Shown here one piece after another: positions 11,086 to 22,800 of a DNA stretch of 64,000 nt (positions are counted from its first letter, which is position 1; each line of letters starts with the position of its first letter). The stretch is from Proteromonas lacertae (lineage: Eukaryota). The stretch lies in NCBI GenBank assembly GCA_002245135.1, contig NGBS01000004.1:1-64000 (forward strand), written 5' to 3'. The position numbers and the translations under genes were made by a program. The notes beneath the pieces were generated by a model. The model had not been told where the DNA came from. It searched no databases and worked only from the letters and a program-made list of their open reading frames with translations.

Positions 11086-11904
11086 TTATATTTGGTTAAT
11101 TAAACAATTAATTAAATTATTTTTCTTAATTATAAATTGTTTATCAGTTTCATAATGGGTTGTTATATTATTTTCACCAAATGTTGTGCATATATTAAAA
11201 AAACCTAACTTATAAGCTATAATAGAAAATGCACTTTGATCATATCTGTGATTATGCATATTTGAACCTTCTGGTGCAATACAAGATATTGTGAATGAAC
11301 ACATAATCCATTTGTTGATTAATTTGTCTACTTCTGATGATGGGTACATTAGAGCAATTGCTGCACCTGAACAAGATGCTTTATTTGTTATTGCATTAGT
11401 TACATTGAAAAATTCAATCATCCCTATATGTGTATATTTTTCTAAACTGTGAGATACACTTTCTGACCAAATTTTATTCTTTCTTATATGGTTAAATATA
11501 TGATCTAATGATCCAGATATGTTACATCCACTGTCTATCCATAATAAAGGTTTTCTATACATATAATAAGTTTTAGAAATAATTATAGCTTTCCATGCAT
11601 ATTTTCCTGCATCAATGTTTATGTTAAAATATTGAGGGTAGTAGCTGTATTTAAAATAATTAATAACTATATTCTTATTATATTTTGTATGGTTAGAAAT
11701 AACATTTAGTATATTATATGATAAACCTAAATCCCATAGAATTAAATAACACTTCGTAATATGGAGATTAAAAGTATATATTAAGTTTAATAATGAATAT
11801 TCGTGATTAGAAGATGAAGCTGTAGTAATTACACATTCTTTATTTTCATTTAATTTATAATATATAATACATATAATTGAAATAATATAAAAATATCTTA
11901 TCAT
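11086..11904 (-). CDS. DUF1647-like putative glycosyltransferase
   Basis: TASSSNH, WDLGL, YAWKAIII, LWIDSG and HRYDQS motifs. Confidence 0.75.
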   Translation of the reverse strand: MIRYFYIISIICIIYYKLNENKECVITTASSSNHEYSLLNLIYTFNLHITKCYLILWDLGLSYNILNVISNHTKYNKNIVINYFKYSYYPQYFNINIDAGKYAWKAIIISKTYYMYRKPLLWIDSGCNISGSLDHIFNHIRKNKIWSESVSHSLEKYTHIGMIEFFNVTNAITNKASCSGAAIALMYPSSEVDKLINKWIMCSFTISCIAPEGSNMHNHRYDQSAFSIIAYKLGFFNICTTFGENNITTHYETDKQFIIKKNNLINCLINQI

Positions 11905-12946
11905 ATATAATTCTCTCTACTTTTTTATCTTCTATATTATAATTTCTTAACATTTTTTTGACATAATCACATATTTTACAATAGTTAAAAGAATATATAT
12001 CTTTAAACCTATAATACCATTCTTTAGAATAGCGTTTATGCCATAATATATGTTGATCTAGCAATGTTATGTTGTTTTTTATTACATTTATATAATTAGT
12101 TAAATTTTTAATAGAACTAAATTTGCTTAGATTGATAATTGATTTAGAATTAGGAAGAAATTCATCTATATTTTTAGCACCAAAATATATAGGAATACAT
12201 CCAGCTAAAAAACAATCAGTTAACTTCTCAGTTACATAATCATTATTAATCGAAGCAGCTTCAAATTTTGTACCCTTTTCCCATGTTATCACAGAATTTT
12301 CAATACTTAAACAAAATTTATATTCCTTTAATACTTCTATTTTTTTAATTTTAGATAAATAATCAGGCCATTTTTTATTATTCATATCATTTCCATATGA
12401 ATCAACATCATAATAATTCATTATTTCATTAACAATGTATTGTCTATTCTCATACTTTACTTTTTGAATATAAACTATGTTGTTTTTTCTTCTCATAAAT
12501 GAATATATATTTTTAAAGTTTTTATTGCTTGTATATACAAATTCAGATATATTATAATATATTGGAATGGATATATGCCACTTATTATTAAATAATCTGT
12601 AATCTACTGCTAGTTGATAATGATTAGATTTTCCTTCTCCTATATTTTTCATATATTTAACTTGACTTAATTTTTCAGTTGTCATTACTATATTGTAAGA
12701 AGTATTTGGCTTTAACGGTAACTTTCTGTTACCATTATAAATTGATGCATGATACTTTATATTTTCCAAATTATTAAATGTGCACTTATACTTTCTTCTT
12801 TTACTACTACATGTTAATGGATTTAAAGGTAGTGAGTAATAATTCTTAAATGAATTACCAATATATATATTTATATTACTAACTTTATAATTTATATAAT
12901 AAATATATATAAATAATATAAATAAAACAATAAATGTTTCTATCAT
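11855..12946 (-). CDS. GT10 alpha-1,3/4-fucosyltransferase
   Basis: YKFCLSIENS...DYVTEKL..CFLAGCIPIYFG is the alpha-1,3-FucT motif; N-terminal TM segment. Confidence 0.9.
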   Translation of the reverse strand: MIETFIVLFILFIYIYYINYKVSNINIYIGNSFKNYYSLPLNPLTCSSKRRKYKCTFNNLENIKYHASIYNGNRKLPLKPNTSYNIVMTTEKLSQVKYMKNIGEGKSNHYQLAVDYRLFNNKWHISIPIYYNISEFVYTSNKNFKNIYSFMRRKNNIVYIQKVKYENRQYIVNEIMNYYDVDSYGNDMNNKKWPDYLSKIKKIEVLKEYKFCLSIENSVITWEKGTKFEAASINNDYVTEKLTDCFLAGCIPIYFGAKNIDEFLPNSKSIINLSKFSSIKNLTNYINVIKNNITLLDQHILWHKRYSKEWYYRFKDIYSFNYCKICDYVKKMLRNYNIEDKKVERIIYDKIFLYYFNYMYYIL

Positions 12947-13160
12947 ATTATGTAAATACCATAATCAAAATTATATAGTAAATATAATACTAAATTTAAC
13001 CTTAATAGCTATATATATATAGTATTAATTTGTATATTGAATTGAATTTTTATTATTTTGTAATTTGGACCATAAGTATTTTTTGCCCATTTAAAAAATA
13101 CGTTTCAAATTAGTAACGAATTTATATTTATGAGCTTGAGCTAAAGCTAAAGCTCTTAAT

Positions 13161-14120
13161 TTGGACCATTGCCTTAATTTATATAAAATTATCTCTATAC
13201 TTTCATATATATTACTGCTATTAATTTTAATTATAATTACTAAAACCCTCTATGTTAATATCAATAAGAAAATATATAAAATAGAAGAGCAACATGATCC
13301 ACCTTATCCAAAAGATAAATTAAATATATCAGATCCAAATATATTTAAATGTATTTTTTCTCCAAAAATACTAATTAATCAAACTTTCCTATTTATTTTT
13401 GTTCCCGTAGCACCATACGATTATTGTAATCGAATGATAATAAGAAAAACATGGGGTAATAATTTAAGTAATTCATTATTATACTTCTTTATGGGATATA
13501 GTGAAAATTATAATAACAATTTAATAAATCATGAATTAATAATTTATAATGATATAATTCAGTTCAATTTTATAAATAGTTTTCTGAATCTAACTTTACT
13601 TACTATATTAGCAATTTCGTGGATTGTTGAAAGTAGAATCAAATTTAAATTTTATATGAAAATAGATCGAGATGTAGTTCCTAATCTCTACAACATAAAA
13701 CAATTATTAGTAAAGAATTATTTAAACACAAAAGCAATTTTAGGTACAAAAATGAAAAAATTTAAAGTTGATAGAAATCCAAAACACTCTTCTTATATTC
13801 CTTATTTTTCATATTCAGAGCTTTATGGACCATCTTATATAATTGGAAGATTTACTATCATTGATTATTTTTCACTAAACGAAATATACAAAACAGCAAA
13901 GATATATAGGCCATTAGTTTATCGTGAAGATGTTCATTTAGGTATTATATGCAAAATAAAGAATATAACTATGATAAATTTAAATAAAATTACTAATAAT
14001 AGTAAATTAAATTGTTCAGAATATATTAAATCTTTTACATCTCATTCATACAAACCAGAAGATATTGAAATTTTATTTAAAAATTGTAAAATATATAATT
14101 TATCTTCATATTTTGAATAA
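13161..14120 (+). CDS. GT31 beta-1,3-galactosyltransferase-like; TTG start, no ATG before the TM segment
   Basis: RMIIRKTWG, NSFLNLTL, MKIDRDV and EDVHLG motifs. Confidence 0.85.
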   Translation: MDHCLNLYKIISILSYILLLLILIIITKTLYVNINKKIYKIEEQHDPPYPKDKLNISDPNIFKCIFSPKILINQTFLFIFVPVAPYDYCNRMIIRKTWGNNLSNSLLYFFMGYSENYNNNLINHELIIYNDIIQFNFINSFLNLTLLTILAISWIVESRIKFKFYMKIDRDVVPNLYNIKQLLVKNYLNTKAILGTKMKKFKVDRNPKHSSYIPYFSYSELYGPSYIIGRFTIIDYFSLNEIYKTAKIYRPLVYREDVHLGIICKIKNITMINLNKITNNSKLNCSEYIKSFTSHSYKPEDIEILFKNCKIYNLSSYFE

Positions 14121-15121
14121 TGATTATATAGTAAGAGGTGAAATTTATTTTCACAAACTGTAGTTGTTGCTTTAATCCGGTAAAAAATGCAAAGTTATAA
14201 TAATATCGAATCTATATCAGTAAATTTAAATAGAATTTGAAAAAATTAAATAAAAATTGACCCTTGTAAATATGAAAGGAATTAGAAGAGTAAAATCATT
14301 TGAAAACAGTGTGTTTTGCTAAATAATTAATTAGTAAAGTCAATTCTTTGCATGTTAAAATACTTATAGTTACTAACTATTTTATACTAATTTTTTTCAT
14401 TATATTCATTACCAAAAATAATCCAAATATCATTAAAGAAATTATTCATCACCATATAATGTATAAAAGGAATATTGGGCATAGTCCTATTTACTTAATT
14501 GTCTTGACAAGGCCATTGAAAAGCATCTGAATGACTATGATTGCAGTGATCTCTTTCGGAGTATCGATGTTACTTGCTCTTGCCTCTATGCAGAACTGGC
14601 TGATGCTCTCCTTGTTAAGATCATGGATATATAGTATATAAATGGGATTCTGACACAAAGAGCCATGGTCCCATTTACGTAAACTAACTACGTGATTCCC
14701 CCTACGGGATTCCTTTTACGGGACTCCTAGAAGCTATCTAGAAGTGTTGGTTACGATAGTGAACTTGTAAGGGCTTTTAATAGAATCGTGAACCTCATCG
14801 TAGAACAGGGACTTTACAATTGTTAACAAGTTACCAAATGGTAACTCGGGAGGTTCTAGCTAGTTGTGGATTTCTCAAGGGTCCTTGAAGATAATGATAA
14901 GCAATCTCGGGAGCTTCCTAGAGGTAAGTTACAATGCCTTATAAATCACCTAGGTAAACTGTTCCAATTCTCAACAATCGTCCGAGAAAAATGAGGCTGC
15001 TAGACGGTAGAAACCACGGGGTTTTCCACGTTTCTGAAGAGCATGGAGAATGCCAAGAAGTCAACACTTCGAGAACTCCATAGTCGTGCTTTTCTTGCAA
15101 TCGCTGATAAGTAAAATTATC

Positions 15122-15715
15122 ATGGCTAGCAATATTGATCCTAGTAGTCTTGCGAAGCTTTCCAGGGATGAGTTAGAAGCATTGATCATCAAGGTCGAGA
15201 AGGAACAACAAGAGCTGAAAGAGCATAAGGAGAAGGCAAAGGGTAAGGCTTTGGAAGCAACTTCAAAGAAGCGTAAGTTCAATACTAAGTACTACATACG
15301 ATGCATCGATCAGGAGTCAGCTAAGGAATATCTCGCACTTACCAAGGAGATGGAGGAGTACTTCAAAGAGATTACCAAGGAATATCAACAACCAGGAGGA
15401 AATAATGAAGGCTGTGGAGATAAAGTCCATCGCTGATTATCTATTGAAGTCCTTAACCTTACAAGTACAATTAAGGAGCCAAAGGATCACAGCAAGACTC
15501 CATTCCCGATACTACCTTACAGCTACGAGGTGTTCTTAACTAAACGCAACCAAGGAAAAGCACTTAGCAAGAGGATGAAGCTCAAGATGGAAGTATCTGT
15601 TCATGACAACTTACCAAGAGAAGACAACTCCCGACATAGTAAACCCTCGGAAGAAGCAACAACCCAACAAGACAACTTATCAGAAGCAGAAGATGACTTT
15701 AACGAGGTCTTCTAA
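15122..15715 (+). pseudogene. Element ORF A: coiled-coil/basic protein with one internal TGA (15434-15436)
   Basis: ORFs 15050-15436 and 15530-15715 share a frame, separated by a single stop. Contains a KKRK NLS-like motif. Confidence 0.5.
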
Positions 15716-16191
15716 CTAACAGTACTCCAGAACATAGAAGCAAGTATGAACTAAGTAAGAAGAGTCCGAAGAAGTCTCTTGCTCTATGTCCTTCATAGGT
15801 TGATCAGGACTGGTAAGTAGCTCCATCATGTTGAAGTCAAGGGAGTCGTAGGAGAGCACCTGATGATCATACTCAATAACCTCAAATAGATCCAAAGACA
15901 TCGTAAGCACATCCTTCAAGGAGTTGATAAAGGACTGATGAAACAGCCTGGCCATTGCACCGGCCTTACATTATTCAACTCAACCTTGATGAAACCATCG
16001 GAGGATGATCGATCGAAGGAGTAAACACTCCCGTAAACAACAAAGCTAAAGTTCATACTCAAGGTGTTCACGGTCTTCTCCTCCATACTGCTGATGAACT
16101 TACAAGGATAGCTATCTCGGAGAAGTATAGCAAGGTGATTATCGTCAGGTAAAGGACTGGATGAAGTATCAGGAGATTGATTGCAGCTCAT
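15716..16191 (-). pseudogene. Element ORF B, unknown function, frameshifted near 15955
   Basis: Two overlapping minus-strand ORFs; the final stop abuts the stop of ORF A. Confidence 0.4.
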
Positions 16192-16746
16192 TACAATACA
16201 CGATGAAAATCAAGGAGTAGGAGAAGTTCAATAAATAATAGCCAGAGATAAAACATCATAGGAAACGATAAGTAGTGAAAGTTTAAGATCGGCCAAGAAA
16301 TATATGACTGAAGTGAATCTTAAAAAAGGAACCATTAAAGGAATCGTAGAATCATCCTAGTCTTTACAATTGGTTTCCATGGTTCTGTAGATGAACTTTT
16401 CTTTGGAAGAGTTCTTCTCGTAGAATACTCCTTGAAGATCATCCTGTAAGAGGAATCCTGTAGGAAAGAAGACCCCGTAATAGCCAGCTCTGAATCTAGA
16501 AAGGGAAGAACCCCTAGAAAACTCGTTAGGACTCTGGCACAAAGGGCCTGAGTCCCATTTATATACTATATACATGGACTTGCTAATAACGCTTGTTAAG
16601 ACCATTGAAACAATACTAATTTATATATGTTCTTATATCAATTGCAAGACAAAATAAACATACTCTATTATAAATATATGAAATTTAACAAATAAAAGAG
16701 CATATTTCATTAAAAGTTTTGATAATAAGTCAGCAAATCTTGATTA

Positions 16747-17466
16747 TTAATAAAAACTTGAAACATTACAATCAGGTGGAATTGGTATATTATATATCCC
16801 AAAAATAATACTCCACAAGTATTCTATATAGTTAGCTGATAGACCATTATTTTTAACATTACTATTAACATAATTTCTTATTCCATTTCTTAAGTTTATG
16901 TAAATTTTTTTTGGATGTTTCTTTATCCTACTATCATCAACAACAAAAGTTGCACAACAAGGAAAATAATGTTTTTCGACATATAATTGATATAATGATA
17001 TATTTGTATATCCTTTTTTCCTCATATATTTGTCTACTTCATATGTTGTATTAAAGTTTCTGTCATAGATTCTTTTCCTACCAAATGCAATATATACACA
17101 ATAAATTCCGCTAAATTGAACATTTTCAATATATTTTATCTTTTTCAAATAATTTAATCTGTCATATATACTGACACTATGATGCCATGATAAAATATGA
17201 TCATGAATGAAGATATATTTTCTTCTTCTTCTTTCATTATACGTTTTTATAATAAAATCTAACATTAATCCAGCTTCTTTTGAGTCCTTAAAGTTTGTTG
17301 TTTTATTGCATTTTAAGATTATAGCTTTATAAGGAATTAAAGATATATTTATGTTAATTATATCATTTTTAGGACAAGAGCTTATCACAACATATGTACT
17401 AGTTGACTTTAAGGTTGTTAATATGTAAATTAATAATATTATAGTAAAGATATAGATATATATCAT
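16747..17466 (-). CDS. DUF3431-like membrane-anchored protein (putative glycan-modifying enzyme)
   Basis: KEAGLMLDFI, IFIHDH..SWH, PCCATFVV and IEYLWSIIFG motifs. Confidence 0.75.
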   Translation of the reverse strand: MIYIYIFTIILLIYILTTLKSTSTYVVISSCPKNDIININISLIPYKAIILKCNKTTNFKDSKEAGLMLDFIIKTYNERRRRKYIFIHDHILSWHHSVSIYDRLNYLKKIKYIENVQFSGIYCVYIAFGRKRIYDRNFNTTYEVDKYMRKKGYTNISLYQLYVEKHYFPCCATFVVDDSRIKKHPKKIYINLRNGIRNYVNSNVKNNGLSANYIEYLWSIIFGIYNIPIPPDCNVSSFY

Positions 17467-18192
17467 TTTTTAATATTATTGAAATCAAAGGAGATATTTC
17501 AAAAGTGAGAATTCGAAGATATATTAGAAAAAATCTCTAAATTAAATTACTATTGAATGGAGAATAATCTGAATAACAGTGAATGTATATTACAATTCTA
17601 CAAAGCGTAAATGTTTTGTTAATTTTATATCTAGTTACTTTTTTCTTTATAAATATAAATTATTTTCTTTGTAAATCACTTTCTTAATCAATAAAACGAT
17701 TATAATTGTTATAAGATTGTTTTTCTAATATTTAGACTAAAGAAAGTGATTTATGCATGGTTTAAATTTATGAAATAAAATATTTCCAATATTAGAGATA
17801 TTTAATGTAGGTATATAAATAGAATGGTCAAAAATAGTATAGTCAAAACTGTGTAATATGAACTGTTTTTTACCTAAAAGTTCATATTACATTTTTGTTT
17901 ATTGCATAAGTTTTTTGGGGATGCTAATCCCAAAATAATCAATATGTCGAAAATATTGAGCAGATAACATAGAATTTTAGGAAAATATTAAGAAAGTATC
18001 AACAGATATTCAAGCCAACACTCTTTTATATTCAACTTTTTTCACATTAAGCAAAACAAATTGTATATTCACCTTCATAGTTTATAAGCATGATAAATAC
18101 TTGATATATTAAAACTATATACAACATTTAAATTATAATAGTTATTACTAATAAACATATATAATCAACCAATTTTTTATACATATATTATT

Positions 18193-19804
18193 TTACTCTC
18201 CACCCCAAGGCGTCCATACACCATCAAAGTTAGAAGGATCAGATGCTGGATCTTTTTCATGAGGATCTTCAGAAACAGCTTCATCTCTATACTTCTTTAC
18301 CTTTTCTCTCATCATTTTTACTATTTCAGGATATTTATCAGCCAAATTATTACTTTCATAAGGATCTTCTTTTATATTAAATAAATATTCTCCTTTTGGA
18401 GGATCTTTACATTCAGCAGATGGAAATTGATCTATTCATAATTACAATAATAATATAAGAATACACACATATGTAGTATTAGGAACTTTAATCCAACCAT
18501 CATAAAAACCAATGAAACTACCATTTACATATTTCCAATCTCCCATTAAATAACTATCAACTTGGTCCTTTATTGTATTTAATAGTATTTCATTTCGAGG
18601 TGATTGACTATTCTCTGTCATAGATTTCCATTGATTAACACCATCTAATGGATATTTTATTGTACTATTCGTAGAGATATTTAAGAATCCTAATATAGTA
18701 GGTAGCCAATCAACTGCATGCATCATTCCTTTATACTCATCAACTCTATTTCACAATAAAAAATTATATATACTTTTTATTAACTAAATTACCAGTTATA
18801 AATGATACTCCCTTCACTCCTCCTTCAAATTGTGTTCCTTTACCACCTCGATATGGATAATTACAACCATTATTATCTCCTGGACCAGAAGGACAAACAC
18901 AAGCACCATTATCAGTGGTAAATATTATCAAAGTATCATTCAAATATCCTAATTCATCCATCACTTTAGTTATATTTCTTATACTTTCATCAACTAAGTA
19001 CAATTCAGCAGCAAATGTTCGACGACCTAAATTCTTTATATGTTTAAATTTATCGATATATTCTTGTGGTGCTTCATTTGGATCATGAACTCCTTGTTAA
19101 GCTAAATACATAAAGAATGGTTTTGAGGAATTATGATTTTTTAACATTCTTATTGCTTCTTGAGTATATAAAAATGTACTGTATGTTCCATTTGACTTTC
19201 TATCAACTACTGAACAATCTGGACCACAATTTGGCTTCGTATCATTACGCATATCATAACCATTTTCTAAATTATGATGGAAATAATCAATATGTCCATT
19301 ATAATAGCCATAAAATTGATCAAAACCACGAAACGTTGGAGTATATCGCCATTTCCAAAAGCCTAAATGCCATTTACCTATTCCATAATTCATATAACCT
19401 TCTTTCTTCAACATTTCGGGTAAAAGTGTCTCATTTTCGGATAAAGCAAAAGCACTCCACTCCATAAGCACTAAATTTTGTAAACCATATCTCATAGGAT
19501 AACGACCTGTCATGAAAGCCTAAATCATTCATTACATATACAATATATAGAATTATACTGCTCTTGAAGGAGTACACATATATTGGACATAATAATTCTC
19601 TAATTTAATACCTTTATTAGCCATTTTATCGAGTGTAGGAGTATAAAGATCAGAGTCGTGATATCCAACATCTGACCAACCAAGATCATCAGCAACTATC
19701 ATCTAAAATTCACTGATCATACCTATAAATAAAATGTTTGGCTTTATAGCATTAGTTGGTGGTAAAGACAATCCTAGGATGAGAAACAAAAAAAGAAGAA
19801 TCAT
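18193..19804 (-). CDS. Secreted arylsulfatase B/I/J-like sulfatase with an in-frame TAA at 19097-19099 (possible pseudogene)
   Basis: Signal peptide, KPNILFIVADDLG after a 27-nt intron, CTPSR formylglycine motif, GKWHLG, RGGKG and DWLPT. Several short introns. Confidence 0.9.
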
Positions 19805-19885
19805 TTCAAAAATAGAGTCGTTTTTCATTTGTTTTTTTTTAAATAACACAACACATTTAACTTATATCAATAGCATAATAATCAA

Positions 19886-22800
19886 TTATTCTATATTCCA
19901 AAATTCTTCGCATAATTCTTTTTTCTCTTCTTTTGAAATTCCGTCTAGTTTTATTCTGTTTGTTGAGAATGTTTTTAAAAATGATTGTAATACTGTATTA
20001 TCTATATTTTCTTTAACTGTTATAATTAACACATATACTTTTCTAAATGCTTCTTTATTTTCTTTCATCAATTGTAATTCTCTTTCATTTAATCCATTTC
20101 CTGATATATCAAGATAGTCTAATGGTTTATAATGGTTTAATTTTTTAATCAACATTTCCAATCCTTTTTCATTCATCCCTATATCTATTCAAATTAATTA
20201 TAAATGAAATACTTGACAGATTTAATGATCTATTATCGACAAATTTATCTAATTTTTTACATATTATTTCAATTCCTTTATCTCCAATTGGATTATTAAC
20301 TATTGAGATTAATATCGCAAATTTTGATAAAGAATTTGTTAATTCTTTTAATCCTTTGTAAGTAATGAGATTATTTGATAAATCAAGTTTATGATATTTT
20401 ATCTGCTTAATAAATGAAATATGGTAATCATTTATATTCATATCTATTTAATTATATGATTAGATTTTATACTTGAAAAATCATGGTTTCTTTCATCGAT
20501 TCTCCTTTTCTTTTTCTTTTTATCACAATAATCCAAATAATACTCCAATTCTTCATCATTCCATGATATACATTTCATTACAATAAATGGATTATTTTCT
20601 CTTTCTAATGATTTTGAACAAATTGATTTTAATCCACTCATTTTGATATTGTTTCCATTTAGATTTATTAAATTGTATACTTTAATTGAATTAATATTAT
20701 CAGCTAATAATTTTACACTTTCATCATCAATTGCGATATTACTCACATTAATTACACCTTCATCATCTATTAATCTATTAATTCTTTTCATTAATAATGC
20801 AAATCCATTATTACCAATTGGATTATCTGTCAAAATAAAAAAATTTAGGTAAATATACCATGTATTTTACATCTAGTTATATTATCATTTTCTTTCATAT
20901 AATTCATCAAATACTCAATTCCATCTGAATAAATATTATTATCACTTATATCCAATCTGATCTTTTTATGAATATTCTTTAAACCATCTAATAAATACTT
21001 CAATCCAATAGAAGATAATCCCATTTCTGTTTGAAATATATTTATAATTATTATACTTGAACAGTTAATAGATTCTAGTAAAAAAATATGAGGATATAAT
21101 AATTTCATTCCTAAATCTCCTATTTCATTTCCTTCTAATTGAAGTGTAAGAAAAAGAAATGAAGATAAATTGTCAATAAGTATTTCTACACTTTTATATG
21201 TTAGTTTATTATCTATATAATAATAGAAATATCAAATTATACTTTTCAAATCTAACTCTTTTATTTCTTTTAATTCATTTGATCTTAATTCAATGAATGA
21301 TTTGAAAAATTCATCATCAATTTCTAAATTGCTTAGATTTAGTGTGTTTCCATGATCATCTTTGATGTATTTGATCAATTCCGAAATATCTTTATCAATC
21401 AGTAATTCTTTACTTTCATTAAAATCAAATTTAATATTGGAAATTGGAAATTTTGAGAATAAAGCTTCTAATCCTTTTGAATGAATATTCCAGTTTGATC
21501 TAATATCGATTTTCTCAAGATTTTGATATTTGTATAATCCTTCTGATAATAATATCATTGATTCATCATTTAAATTCATACATTGAAGATCCAATTCATT
21601 TTTATAGTTGATTAATAACTGTAAATATGGAAGCAATAATTTGAATGATTTTGGACCAATTGGATTTGCTATTTCATAATAAATATAAAAAGTACAAATA
21701 CTATTAGGAAAATGTGAAAGATTTACATGTTTCAATTTCATGAATGGAATTGATTTAAGAAACGATTGAACGAAATAAGAAGTAAGATTACAATAGTGTA
21801 AATCCAATTTTTGTAGATTTGATAATTGAGAAAATAATGATCCAAATAATGACTGATATTGTGGTATAATATTTATATCTAAATATATAACAATAATTAT
21901 TAAATACGAAATAGAAGCTCTGTTGGATTGATAAGTTTCAATATTCTGAAGAAATATATAATTCCTTCTTTACATAAACATATGTTATTTGGAAAAATAG
22001 CATATAATCCTATATTAAAAACCATTTTATCCAAATAACATCCATTTCTTTCTTTACATCTGTGATACTTTTGAAATTTCAGTCTCTTATATATTGAATA
22101 ATCTCCTTTATATAGTTTCATCATCAATAATGCTGATAAGATTCTTTCATTTGGTTTATGATTGTATTTTTTTATTAAGCCATTTCTAATACTTTCTCTT
22201 TCTTCAATTTGAAAATAATGATCTGGAGAAAAAGAGATTGACATATTTTTTATTAAACAAATGTCATGTTGAATTAACATATTTCCTCTTTCATTTTCAA
22301 CCAATAAATATTCATCTTTTCTAATTCTGGTAATTCTATTTAATAACTTACTAAAATAATTCATTTCTATTTTATTATCTTTTTTGTTATATTTTAATTC
22401 TTTCACTATTTCTCTTATGTCTGGTCTATTTTCAGGATTTTTATTCAACATTCTTTTTATAATTTCTAATAATTCTGATGGAATTTTGGAATGTTTTTGT
22501 TGGGACATAAAATGCGAATAACAGTTTATGAATGATTCTTTATCTTCATTTGTAAATGGTAATTCATTTGTTAATATTTCATAAAATATACATCCAATAC
22601 ACCAAATCATACTACATACACTCAACTCTTTTCCATTTAACTCTTCTGGACTTATGAATTTTAAATCATATAATCTCATTTCTTCTTTTCTTCTTAATTC
22701 ATTTAAAAAACTATCAACTATTACGACTTTTGAAATATATTGATCATATAGTAAGTTACTGCTCTTTAAATTTGTATTGATTATACCGTTTTCACATAAT

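Larger units (their letters stand above)
14503..16610. mobile_element. GC-richer unclassified non-autonomous element with terminal direct repeats, internal TIRs and convergent orphan ORFs
   Basis: Abrupt compositional shift. Outer imperfect direct repeat CTTG(AC/TT)AAG(G/A)CCATTGAAA. 23-bp inverted repeats at 14628-14650 and 16550-16572 (1 mismatch), each flanked outside by CATGGA. Confidence 0.75.

Noticed and set aside
19097..19099. Stop-codon reassignment (TAA as sense)
   Set aside because: TAA terminates many conserved genes here (eL41, PSMA3, CDC5, GH27), and long exons lack in-frame TAA.
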